Source: Octopus vulgaris | Lineage: Eukaryota | DNA length: 64,000 nt | Direction of reading: 5' to 3' | NCBI GenBank assembly: GCA_951406725.2 | Contig: OX597817.1 | Coordinates: forward strand, 139,748,001 to 139,812,000 | Part shown: positions 40,701 through 54,639 of the stretch, piece by piece | How positions within the stretch are numbered: the first letter of the stretch is position 1 | Layout of the letters: every line of letters begins with the position of its first letter | The notes under the pieces: generated by a model | Database searches by the model: none | Seen by the model: the letters and a program-made list of their open reading frames with translations, nothing else | Told to the model about the DNA's origin: nothing | Translations under genes and position numbers: made by a program

Positions 40701-41878
40701 AACTACAGTTTTATATATATAGATATACATAGCGCAGTAGTGGTGAGATATGACAGCAAAGAAAAGCATACATTCACTCTCTGCATGCAATTAGACTCGG
40801 AAAGTTCGTGAGGAACCCATTGACCCAATTTGCTTACTTTTCCGATAGCACACAGGTGTCAATGAATGGTTGAATGACCAAATCCAAGCTTCTCTGCTAG
40901 TTCCTCAACAGTTACGATGATATTTTGTTCCACCAGGGTTTTCAGGATGTCCTTGTCGAGTTCTACAGATCTTTCAGGATGAGGCTCATCTTCTAGGCTG
41001 TAGTTTATGGCTCGGGATTTCTGGAACCACCATTGACACTGCCTTACGCTTATTGTCCAATCCCCATATACTGCATTAATATTTCTTGTACTTTGCACAC
41101 ATTTATATTCTGTTATTCTTTTATATGTTTCAGCCTTGAGGTTGTGGCCATGCTGGATCATGTGTGTGTGTGTGTGTGTGTGTCTATCTGTCTGTCTGTC
41201 TGTATGTATATATGTATATGTATGTGTGTGAACAATAATATTTTCAACAGATGTGTTGCAAATGTATCTGATTGTTCTCAAGCTGTACTGTGTGTGTGTG
41301 TATGTGTGTGTGTGTATGTATGTATGTATATGTATGTATGTATGTATGTATATGTATGTATGTGTGTGTGTATGTATGTGTGTGTGTATGTGTGTGTGTG
41401 TATGTATGTATGTATGTATGTATGTATGTATGTATGTATGAGTGTATGTTTACTTTATTACTAATTACTCTCTTCCAAGAACATTTTCACTCACTCTTAG
41501 CTCTTAGCTTCCCATACATTTTACTCATGTATCTATCATCGTCATAGACAGAATACTTTCACTTTAGTCTTCCTCAAATCACTGTCCGCTATTTACTTTC
41601 ATTTTATTCGTTGCCCACTGTGTGTGTGCGTTTGCGTGTGGTGTAAACCAGACTAAGAAAAGCATTTGACACACACACCAGAATGTGAGTTTTCTGTAAA
41701 TTTTGCTTAATTGGAGTTTAAATTTTAAAAACTGGACCTGGCATGACGCGATGCATTGTACTCTTAAAAATGCCAGGTAAATTGTAATTGAAGAAATCCT
41801 ATATTGTAGATTTGTATAATTCCCAAAGGGAGGCAGATAAAATCTGCCTTTTATAATAAGTATACACATGTACATACA

Positions 41879-41920
<42 letters not shown>

Positions 41921-42496
41921 CGCAGGAGTGGCTGTGTGGTAAGTAGCTTGCTAACCAACCACATGGTTCCGGGTTCAGTCCCACTGTGTGGCATCTTGGG
42001 CAAGTGCTATAGCCCCGGGCCGACCAATGCCTTGTGAGTGGATTTGTAGATGTAAACTGAAAGAAGCCTGTATGTGTGTGTGTTTGCATGTCTGTGTTTG
42101 TTCCCCTAGCATTGCTTGACAACTGATGCTGGTGTGTTTACGTCCCCGTCACTTAGCGGTTCGGCAAAAAGAGACCGATAGAATAAGTACTGGGCTTACA
42201 AAAAGAATAAGTCCCGGGGTCGAGTTGCTCGACTAAAGGCGGTGCTCCAGCATGTGCAGTCAAATGACTGAAACAAGTAAAAGTAAAAGAGTAAAAAAAA
42301 GAGTATATATTGTAAATCCAAACAAATAAAAAAAAAAAACAACGCGAGGATGTGGTACAAGTACGGTATTATCAGACGCTCAGGAAAGGAAAGAAAGGCG
42401 ATTTTATGTTTTGAGCAGAGCTCTTCTTCAGAAATAGAGGAAAGTGCAAAAGAAGGGAAGACGGAGGAAGAAAATTGCCAATGCTACTCATGTGGT

Positions 42497-42546
<50 letters not shown>

Positions 42547-43817
42547 TATACAAGTCTTGTTAGAGAAAATTAAATTTGTATACTACCAAAAGTATTGGGT
42601 AATCTTTCTGTTAAATGTAAAACTGTTTTTATTATAAAATAAAACCAAACATTAATATATATATGTGTGTGTACATGTGTGTGTGTGTCTTTCTCTCAAT
42701 CTGTCTATAAATTTGTGTGTGTATTTGTATGTGAATATCTCTTTGCATTTGTTAACCCCTGTATTTCTGCTTCTTTAAAGCGAGGACAGCATATTGATCC
42801 ATTTCTACAGTCGTTTCTTCAATCAACAGAAGCCCCAAAGCCCCGGCCTTGGTAAGTTGAACTTCCAAACCATTTTCCTGAATCATATCTTCAAGTTTGA
42901 AATTCTTATTGGTGTGATAATGGTCAGTTACAATAGATTACAAGTCTATAATTTATTGGTCAAGAACTCAGATTTCAGTCCAGAACTTAAAATATAATAT
43001 ATTTTGTTCATGCTATATCTCTTGTTCTTTTGTGTTGCTGAAGACTAGGTGTTTGGGTTTGCTTTCTCAAGCTTTTAGATACAGCAACCAAACACCCTTT
43101 GAGTAGCATTCTCACATTTTAAAAATAAAACAAAAAAAAAAAACCTCATCTTGGACAGTGCGGTCTTAGATACACTGACTATAAATAAGATGTGAAGGTC
43201 ATAACTGGAACAGCTATGATCGTAGCTAAACAACAACATCCATTCGCTCTTTTACCAAGCTCCCTTTTTCACTGCATTGAGGCAGCATTTGGTGTCTTCT
43301 TTGAAGCATTAGAATATGAAAATGACATTGCGAATACGAAGGGTCAGCTAACTCAATTGACCTTGTTTATGTTTGACACAATACAAAAGATCAATGAGAA
43401 ATGTGACAGCATTTAATGGTGTTTCAGTATATCTGTCTGTTGTTATGGTGATTAATTTAACAGTGAATCTATGATCTAAATCTACAAATATGGTAATATA
43501 TATTCCACCATATTGATAAATTATAAGTGTTGTTCATGGATGTTTACCTCTCTCTCTCTCATATGGATATAACCTTCTTTAATTAATGTTATCCTGATTG
43601 TCACAGTAACCGTACTAGGGCTTCATTCCTTATTTTAAGAAAATGGTTGCTTCCAAATTTGAAATATTCATATCAGTTTCTATGACATTACAAAATCTAT
43701 AATCTTTGAGATATTCATATTATCTTACTCCAACAACTCTGCAATTATGTCTGAATTATAAACTACATACTCAAAAGTGATTTCACATGTTTTGCTTGTT
43801 CATTCTATCTTTCTTTT

Positions 43818-43852
<35 letters not shown>

Positions 43853-45395
43853 ATTTGTATATATAATATATATATGTATATATAATTTGTATTTAACTCT
43901 CAATTGCATTAGTTATGGAGACTGCATGGAAGATAGAACCTCTATTTTGGAATTCATTTCTGAAAGATATCCCTTTTCCATCGAAAAAAGAATATATGTT
44001 GAAACTAATTAATAACGAAAAAATTTTTATAAATAGGATTAAATGGAAAGCCTACTACAATAATATTAACACATCTAATGATAACGATGTAGAGAGTACT
44101 TATAATATTACCTGAAGAGTGGCTATGTATCGAAGAAATATTAATTTTTGAGAATATCGATTTTGATATTGTAGATTAGTATACATAGCCACGAAACATG
44201 CGTTGTCATTTTAATGTGTATTTTTTAGTATAGAAATTTTTAGTACAATATAAATAATAATGTTGTTTTAATGTGTATTGTTTAGTATAGAAATTTTTAG
44301 TACAATGTTAATAATAATATATTTAAATTTATATTTTATTATAGATAATATCTTTCATTATTAATTAAATTACTTTATGGAGGTTCTGTCTCTTAATTCT
44401 CTCTCTATATATATGTATCCAAAAATGGTTTTGATGGATATATAATCCTGGCAGTTACCTTGTTAACTCTTAGATTGGCTCTCAATGCTGGCTAGCCACA
44501 GCAAATGTTGGTGAAACTCGAGTTAGTGAAAATTTACCGAAGTAAATTTATTTGGTTGCTATAAGATAATAGAGAATGCACAATTAACTAGGAGATAATT
44601 AGCAGAGCTAAACTGCATTGTAGAGGAAGCAAACGTTGTAAATTGTGTGTGTTGAGGAAATATGCCAAATTTTTACCTCAAAATTCAATCTGATAAACCA
44701 TAGACAAGAATGCGCTTAAAGATGTGTTCAAGCATCTAAATAGACTTTTAAGAAGTTTAAGTAAACGCATTATACAAACAACTAGAATTCGATTGAAGTA
44801 AATTAAAACAAATAATGAACTTGAATTAAGTGAACAACACTACAAAAATAAAACTATATAATATTTTTGAAAGAGTTGAAGAGTAAGATTATGTTTAAGA
44901 AAATTAACTATAAGCAGGATATTTAATTACAACATAACAAGAAAATTTTAGATCTATAGATTAATAATTATAAAAAATAAACCAAAAATGTAATTGAATA
45001 CCTTAAGAGAATATAAGAATACTCTCCTAAATTAGTAGAATGGTAAGATAGAATATAATTAGGAACATACAGGAACCTTGACCTACTTTAAACCCAAACC
45101 CAGCAATGAATACCTAAGTGGCCAAGGTAAACATCATCTCACGAGAAATACAACTATTTATAGTAAGACCACCACCTCATAAAGGACTCCTGTTTGGTTG
45201 GTCTCATGTTTCTTTCAGATGATCTTTGAACAGCAGTAAAACTCACCCTGAGGAAGCTGCATCAAGATGCACACTTAGCAGTTTGAAGTAGTTTGCAGCC
45301 AAAATGTGCACAGGTCCGAGTGAAGTACGATGTAAATAACCATGTAATGAAATATGGATGTGCAAATCTCTGTTCTCCTGATCTTTGTTAATTTC

Positions 45396-45434
<39 letters not shown>

Positions 45435-46255
45435 ACATTGCCAGATCAGACTGGGCCTGGGGCAGCCTTCTGGCTTCCCAGACCCCAGTTGAACCATCCA
45501 ACCCATGCTAGCATGGAAGGTGGATGCTAAATGATGATGATGATGATATATAGGGTAGCGAATATTCGTTAGAAATATCACCACATGTGGCCTAGCATGT
45601 ATAAATAGTCAATAGACAATATATTCATATTTTAAAATAGTGTACATATAAACACAAAAGAAAATTACCCATTAACATGTAATTTTTACATGCTAGAAAT
45701 AGCGGCCAACATGGCCAAAACTACGATTTAATAGCAGTTTGCAAAGGAATTGAAAAATAAAAACTTTAACCTTGTTATTTATTAGCAGTTATACCATGGT
45801 TTCGAAATTTCTTTAGCAAATAATATTATTTGCCATCCTTTAATAGGTAATTTAGTAAAACAATATTATTGCAAGGCGAATTCTCATCAGTAACCGGCCT
45901 CAATAACTAACTTAAAATTCAGAGACAAGAACACATGTGTTCCGTCATTATAATTTTTCAAAACTCTGCACGCAGGCGCATTTACAGTCAGCAATAATTA
46001 CAAAGCTGAGCCGAATCTTCGAGAATGTTAAGAATATATTCATAAGATACATATATAGGGTAACGAATATTCGTTATAAATATCACCACCAGTGGTCTAA
46101 CATAAATAGTCAATAGACAACATATTCATATTTTAAAATAGTGTACATTTAAACACAAAAGAAAATTATTGGCTGCTATTTCTAGCATGTAAAAATTACC
46201 TGTTAATGGGTAATTTTTTTTTGTGTTGAAATGTACACTATTTTAAAATATATAC

Positions 46256-46300
<45 letters not shown>

Positions 46301-46691
46301 TATAGTTATATTTGGGGATGGTCATATATTTGCCAATTAACCACTTGCACTCCATAAACAGCTTTACATCGACCTACACATGTTTCAACTGCACCAATTA
46401 GTGACCGTTACAATTGCAATCCTATTACAACACTGCTGCAGCTTCTTCAGGATTTTTTACTATAGTATCTATTCCTACATAGACACATGCACACTGATGT
46501 TTATGTATATATGCCTACACACACATACACACAATACATCTATATTTATATATACACACACACACAAACGTACACTTATATTGATACAATAGACATATCG
46601 TTGTAAATACACACATACATTTTCAGCACAAACACCTACACACATACATGTACACACACATATACATGTATATAACTCTCTCTCTCTCTCT

Positions 46692-46729
<38 letters not shown>

Positions 46730-46794
46730 ATATTTCGGAATGGTCATATTGCCAGTTTAGCCAATAAAAAATCTTGCACAACAAATATTTAAAC

Positions 46795-46836
<42 letters not shown>

Positions 46837-47326
46837 TACAAAACACAAAGTTATATCTTGAGATTGCTAGTGACAACAACACTCAAAATATATAACAGAC
46901 TGGAATTGTAGTGCTCAAATGAGCTGTATTCACTTATTAATCTGAGGGGAGGCAATGTGAGCTGCAACTAAAGGAACATTACAACATCCACAGAAAGATC
47001 AAACACATACATATATTCATATATTCATTTATATCTACAGAACAGATATAAAGTCTGATGTTTAAAAATATAATAATATATAAATATATAAACATCATAT
47101 AAAATATATAAATATATAAGAATCAGTGTTATGCTTAAAATCATAAAACATTTGGTAAAAATTTGTTAAATTAAAAATTTGGGGTAATAAAACATACAAT
47201 GACATTAAAATGACGTATTAAAATTCCAGAGAAAATACAGAAAAGATAAATATACAAAATTTCAAAAATACAAAAATGTTCATCTACGGGCCATTTCAGA
47301 GATACGCCAATTAATATGAAACATAT

Positions 47327-47370
<44 letters not shown>

Positions 47371-47451
47371 GGAGTAAACACATAAATGTGAAACAAGGTG
47401 GAAAAAAGAGTACTCAAATACCAGTGGTAGAGTAATATGCTTTATTTAAAT

Positions 47452-47537
<86 letters not shown>

Positions 47538-47852
47538 CATATATATGAGAAGGCATATGGCTCAGTGGTTAGAGCGTCAAACTTATGATCGTGGAGTTGT
47601 GAGTTCGATTCCCGGACTGAGCTGCATGTTGTGTCCTTGAGCAAGACCCTTTATCTCACGTTGCTCCAGTTCACTCAGCTGTAGAAATGAGTTGTGACAT
47701 CACTGGTGCCAAGCTGTATTGGCTTTTGCCTTTCCCTTGGATAACCCTAGGGTGTGTGTTTGCTGGTGAGGGGATTTTCCGCCCAAACTTGTACCCAGGC
47801 GGAGAACCTCTTAGGTACACCTATGGTCATTTATGACTGACAAAGTCAAGTT

Positions 47853-47885
<33 letters not shown>

Positions 47886-48012
47886 ATGTGTGTGTGTGTA
47901 TATATATATATATGTGTGTGTGTATGTATATATATATGTGTATGTATATATATATATATATGTATGTATATATATATGTGTGTGTATATATATATATGTA
48001 TGTATATATATA

Positions 48013-48053
<41 letters not shown>

Positions 48054-48216
48054 ATGTATATATATATGTGTATATATATGTGTGTGTATATATATATGTA
48101 TATATATGTGTGTGTATATATATATGTATATATATGTGTATGTATATATATATGTGTATATATATGTATATGTGTATGTATATATATATGTGTATATATA
48201 TGTGTATATATATATG

Positions 48217-48261
<45 letters not shown>

Positions 48262-48369
48262 ATAACAAACAATAACAGGGTAATAAGGAATTATTATTAT
48301 CAGTGGCCTAGCACAAAAACGAATTAGTCATTGGACTGTATATTATTCACATAGAAATACAATAAGAGG

Positions 48370-48422
<53 letters not shown>

Positions 48423-51031
48423 AAGTTAAATTGGAAGGTACTGCATGAGTGAAAATATATAGGAAAAAGGATTTGAAAATGCAGAGGTTTTTTAAAGATG
48501 TTTATTAACTTGACCAGTTTCATTTTTTAAAAAAAGATTTTCAGAAGTAAAATTTTGTTCTATTTTTTCTTATAATCCTGAATAGGGTTTTGTTTTTATT
48601 ATATTGGTTTTCTTTCTTTCTCTTTCTTTCTTTCTTTCTTTCTCTTTTTTCTCTTTCTTTCTTTCCTTCTTTATTTTCTTTCTTTCTTTCTTTCTAATGT
48701 TTCAATAACATAATGGCTATTTTATGTGTGTGTGTATTAGGTACCTCCAAACAATTCTTTCACTCCCCTCTATTATACTCTAACCTTACACTTGGCACAC
48801 AGCCACCTCCTTCACTTCCACTCCCTCCTCTCACCTGAAAGCTCTCTGTTTTGTAATCCCCACTGGTGCTGGTGCCATGTAAAACAACACCCCGCACACT
48901 CCTCAAAGTGGTTGGCATTAGGAAGGGCATCCGGCCATAGAAACTGTGTCAAAACAGACAATTGGAGCCAGGAGTAGCTGTCCAGCCTACGCAAGCCATA
49001 CAGCTGATGTCAGCACCAAAGATGGGTGTTGAATAATGATGAGGATGCTGATGAGGAATTCTCAGTTATTAGTAAGTCATGCCAACACCCCCTCTGCACA
49101 TCAACACTATGTACCAGTAATTCCTGTTTATTGCTTTCTCTCTCTGTATTCCTCTCTCTTCTATTTTCAGTCGGCTGGAGAGGAAAGGCTCTGACACTTC
49201 CCTCAAGTCAGTCAGCAGTGAAAAGGTGAAGTGATTTTCTTTTTTTACTTATCCTTCATTTCATAAATGTCATTGAGACTTATTAAATCTGGGCTTAGGG
49301 ATTTTCAGACACTCTTTCTTAGTTTCAACCACATGGTCCTGGGTTCAGTTCCACCATGTGACATCTTGAGCAAGTGTCTTCACTATAGCTTTTGGGACAA
49401 CCAAAGCCTTGTGACTGGATTCGATAGATGGAAGCTGAAAGAAGCCCATTGTATAAACGTTTGTCTGTCTGTGTGTCTGTCTTTGTCCTCCACCACCGAT
49501 TGGCAACTGGCGTTGGAGGAGATTCTTTGTAAAATCTTCTTAATAGATTGTTGTGACATTGCATGGTGTTGTGTTCACTCCTCTTCTGACTCACATGTTA
49601 AAGGTCCATTGAAGTTGTTAACTCTTTAAGTAAACAGACATCAACATATGATTGGGCGCCAGTTTGCAGAGATACAGAAGTTCTCAATAAGTCATTCTGA
49701 TTGGCCATTTAAAAAAAAAAAAGTATCAAAATTTGATTTTAAAATATTAATTTTTTAATGATTTTTATATAGCAAGTCAGATAGTCTTTTAACATTGATT
49801 AGCTTATCTAAAGTGTTAACGAGATAATTTAATGATATGTTTGCCGTGTCCATGAAATATTCCTTTCAAACCCATTCTAAACTTGTTTGATTAAATCTAA
49901 AGAATATATTCTTGGTTTGTTTTAAAATAGATCATGAAAGTATAGTGTAAACTCTCTCTTTCTCACACATGCACACACACACAAATGCACACACTCAGAC
50001 ACACACACATCATCATCATCACCATTCATTATTGTCATTTATGCCCTGTTTTCTATGCTGGCATGGGTTGGATGGTTTGACAGGTGCTGGCAAAACTGGG
50101 AGCTGCACCAGGCTTCAATTGTCAGTTTTGGCATGGTTTCTATGGCTAGTTGCCCTTCTTAATGCCAACCACTTTACAGAGTGTAGAAAGGGAGCTTTTT
50201 TATGTGGCACCAGCACCGACAGAGAGTCACCAAGTAGTTTGCAAGAAAAAAGGCAAACAGCCCCTCAACTGGAAGTGGGGGGAAGTTTGGCAGGGTGGGG
50301 TTGCTTCGAGAGATTAAAGGTGCAGAAGGACAGAGACCGGTGTCTTGCTGCAGATACATGGTGACTCTGGTTGGAAGGGAAAGGGGAACGAGTTAGAGAA
50401 TAAGATGAGATGAGATGAGATGAGAGCAATTAAATGTGTGTGTGTGTGTGTGTGCACGCGTGCGTGCCTGTGCATGTGTGTGTGTATACACACACACATA
50501 CACATACACATCTCCCTCCCATTCACTCTTACAACCACCCTCTTTCCACCAACTCCCCCTCTTCTCTCCCCATTCACTTTTACTCACCTCACACCTTCAC
50601 TGCCCACTCTGACACCTCATCACTGCTATTTCACCTCGTTCCAGCTCCACCCCACTCACTCTCTCCCTCTGTTCTATACAGCAAGAAACCTGTTTCGGTT
50701 TGGCCTCTCATTCCATAATTTAACTCTTCTGTTCCAGCATAAATCCACCCCACCCTTCTCTGCTGTGAACCCATTCAGTCAAATGGGATCTTAGTCTTGC
50801 AAGTTGCATGCTGACCTCACTAGTGCTGGCATCATATAAAAGACGAAAAGCACCCAGTCCACTCTGTAATGAAAGTGGCCGGCTTTTGGAGGGGCATCCA
50901 GTCATAGAAACCATTCCAAAGCTGATGGTAAGCAGGATGTAGCCCTCAGACCTATTGGATCCACTCTCAGACTCTCTATCTATGCTAACATGGAACAGAC
51001 ATGTTAAATGATGTCAACGATGATGATGATG

Positions 51032-51066
<35 letters not shown>

Positions 51067-54000
51067 CACACACACACATACAACCTACACACGTGTGTGT
51101 GCATTCATTCATGCATGTATGTTGTGTATGAATGTATGTGTGTGTATATATATATATAGTTAATCCAAACATGAAAACACAAAGAGAAAACACAACAACG
51201 CGAGGACGTGGAACAAGTATAGTATTATTGGATGCTCAGGAAAAGAAGGAAAGAAGGAGAGTTTTATGTTTCGAGCGGAGCTCTTCATCAGAAACATAGG
51301 AAAAGGAAAGATCCAAGGAAGGGAAGATGGAGAAAGAAAATTGCCAATGATACACACGCAATCACATTTTGAATGACTGGAAGGGAATATATATATATGT
51401 GAATGAACATAGAAAGTATAATTCTCCAAACTTTTTTTATTTGGAGAAATATGAAAGTTGTGCAAAGATGGTCAACGTTTGAGTATTTTTACAAAAAAAG
51501 TAATATTTTAGTGATGGCAACATTGCTTTGATTAACAATTCAATGTATTGACTGAAGTGTTATGAGTCAATTGTAAATTTTGTAATTTGATGGAGAGATT
51601 CAGGGATTGTGAGGTTAAATTGTTGGCTTGCTGATTATAAGAAGTTTATGAGTTCAAACTAACTCTCAGCCCGTGGAAGAGAGCTGTATACAAGGTACAT
51701 AACTCTGGTTGCCTTACCTGGTTTGTGAAACTATAACAGCAGCAGGTTTACTTCCTATTTCACTGTTTCAGGAAGAAACCTTTTCCAATTCAATACATCA
51801 TCATCGTTTAACATCCGTTTTCCATGCCAGCAGGGGTTGGACAGTTTGACTGGGGTCTGTGAAGCCAGGAGGCTGTACCAGGCTCCAGTCTGATCTGGCA
51901 GTGTTTCTACAGCTGGATGCCCTTCCTAACATCAACCACTCAGTGAGTGTAGTGGGTGCTTTTTACGTGCCACCGGTACAGGTGCCAGGGGAGGCTGGTA
52001 ACGGCCACGATCGGTTGGTGCTTTTTATGTGCCACTGGAACGGAAGCCAGTCAAGGTGGGGCTAGCATCATCCACGTACTGATGGTGCTTTTTATGTGCC
52101 ACCGGCACATGTGCCAGGGCAGGCACATGTGCCAGGGCAGGCACATGTATAAATACAATTGTATAAATTTGCAAAAAGTGTCTCCTCTATAATAAACACC
52201 ATCGTCATTCCCATAAAAATTTTGATGTTTGAAGCCTGCAAATTTACCTGTCTCTCAAATCCTCATCTGGAATCAACTCATGAAAGGATGAACAGTTGAT
52301 GTCCTTCCAAAATCATGATCAAAACCATAATAGCGGACTCTCAATGAACTCAGGATGCCAATTATAAAATGAGGTGTGTGGTATATCTGTCAGGGCGTCA
52401 GACAAAATGTTCCTTCCTTTAAATATTTTTGCCGTAGGTGTGCACAGAAAAATGCATTTGTGTGCAAATTTTATCTTTCTTTGCAAAGTATCTGTGCCTA
52501 GATGTAAGTATCCATCACTCATATTTCTTGTTTAATCATAAAAACCTTCTTGTGCCCATATTTCATCTTTTGCTAGTTGTAAAACATGTAGACATGCACA
52601 CAAGTCCACCAGATTCAGGGGAAACTGGACACGAATGTAAATGATAGTTTGCGAATTTATATCTTTATGTTGATGTAAGGATCACTAACAAAAATATATT
52701 TATGATGCCAGCACCACCTTGACTTGCTTCCGTGCCGGTGGCACGTAAAAAGCACCAGCCGATCGTGGCTGTTGCCAGCCTCCCCTGGCACCCGTGCTGG
52801 TGGCACGTAAAAAGCATCCACTACACTCACGGAGTGGTTGGCATTAGGAAGAGCATCCAGCTGTAGAAACACTGCCAGATCAGACTGGAGCCTGGTGCAG
52901 CCTCCTGGCTTCCCAGACTTTGGTCGAACCGTCCAACCCATGCTAGCATGGAAAACGGACATAAACGATGATGATGATGACCTAGCTTATCAGTTTTCAG
53001 TCAAACCATCAGAACCATGTCAGCATGGAAAATGGATGTTAAATGATATTGATGACCTAGCGATTTCATATCAGGAATCTTGCAAAACAAATATATAGAT
53101 GTAGATATATAGATTATTTAAGGAAAAGCTTGTGTAATTGTAGAGCTGTAATGTCCGGTGTTGAACTACAGAGTAAGGTTTTTGTAAGTTTCTACAGCAA
53201 GCATAAGACTTGGGTGTTTTATTTCTGTCTCTTCATCTTTGATTAAGTTCCCTTTCTTCATACAACCCTTAAATTGATCCTAATTCAACAACTTCTCTCC
53301 ATTATTTATGTTGCCAACACAGATAGCCATCAGCATCATCAGTCTCTTTTTTTTTGTTTCTTTATTTTATAATTGTGCCTCATTAGTTCCCCCTACCCCT
53401 CATCTACCATTCACTACTACATCCACTCCTCAGCTCAGCTCAATCTTTACAGTTGTCACCTACTCTTCCCTACATTCCTTATTCATCATCCACTAAATGC
53501 CTGTTCTTCATTCTTTATATTCACACCTTTCACCCATTCCCCATCTCTCACCCTCCCATATTCACTCTTTTAACCTCCACCCACCTACACTTGCAGTTCT
53601 CTTTGTCTCCACTTATTCATTTCTACTCCTCCTGTCTCATGAGGGTTCACCCAGACACCTCATCCCTTCTTCACCCTGATCATCCCTATCCTCCTTTCAA
53701 AATCTTAGAAGCCATGAAGCCTCTCTACAGCAAGAAACTTGTTCTACTTTCACCCCTTCTTTTTTACTTTAATGCCTTATTTCCCAACATAAAGTTGCCT
53801 CTCTTGGGGTTTGTAGTCTAGCATCCACTACACTCCCGGAGTGGTTGGCATTAGGAAGGGTAACCGGCTGTAGAAACATTGCCAGATCAGATTGGAGCCT
53901 GGTGCAGCCACTGGCTCTCCAGATCTCAGTCAAACCATCCAACCCATGCCAGCATGGAAAATGGCCATTAAACGATGATGATGATGATGATGATGAATGC

Positions 54001-54570
54001 AGCCCCTGGAGTCATTCGAGCCCATCAAACCATTCAACCCGTGCCAGCATTGAACATGGATATTAAACGACGACGACGACGACGTCGATCATAATTTCAG
54101 CTTCAGGTGTGTTCAGAACAAAAGCACATTTTGCTCTTTGCTTTATAGTTTATGTAATTGCAAAATAAATAAACCCATCCTTGTCGCTTCAAAATGGAAT
54201 GATTAACGACAGGATGGCTGTTTCATCTTGAACAACATACTTGCTCTGATGACATGCAAAAGCTTACTTTGACAAAAAAAAAAAAAACATTTAGAGAATC
54301 AATAAGCATCAAACAACAATAAATGAAAAGCAATAAAATATTTCTGTTAGGAAATCATTTTGTTGTGTTGAGATGTGGCACTGAGGAGTAAGTTGCAAGT
54401 GTATGAGATGTGGCACTGAGGAGTTAGTTGTAAGTTTATGGGTCTGTATTAGCTTCAGCTACTAGACTAATTTACCATTAACTAATTTACTTGACTAATT
54501 TACTATTATTGGGATTCATTTTTGATGAATAAACTCTTTAATCTATCCAACATCAGTATTAAAGTCCATC

Positions 54571-54639
<69 letters not shown>

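Noticed and set aside
37352-41875. Three near-identical ORFs [19 protein letters not shown]...
   Set aside because: The start codons lie in flanking microsatellites and there is no recognisable domain. Better explained as non-coding repeat X.
44440-45240. A-rich, coding-like stretch, possibly more Penelope-like ORF
   Set aside because: Too decayed to assign a frame or motif by eye; needs a translated search.
47551-47630. Possible tRNA gene
   Set aside because: A and B boxes are present, but there is no acceptor-stem pairing and the sequence continues into a SINE core.
49046-49075. CUGAUGA followed by a short hairpin
   Set aside because: No GAAA or UH follows; it derives from a decayed (GAT)n tail.
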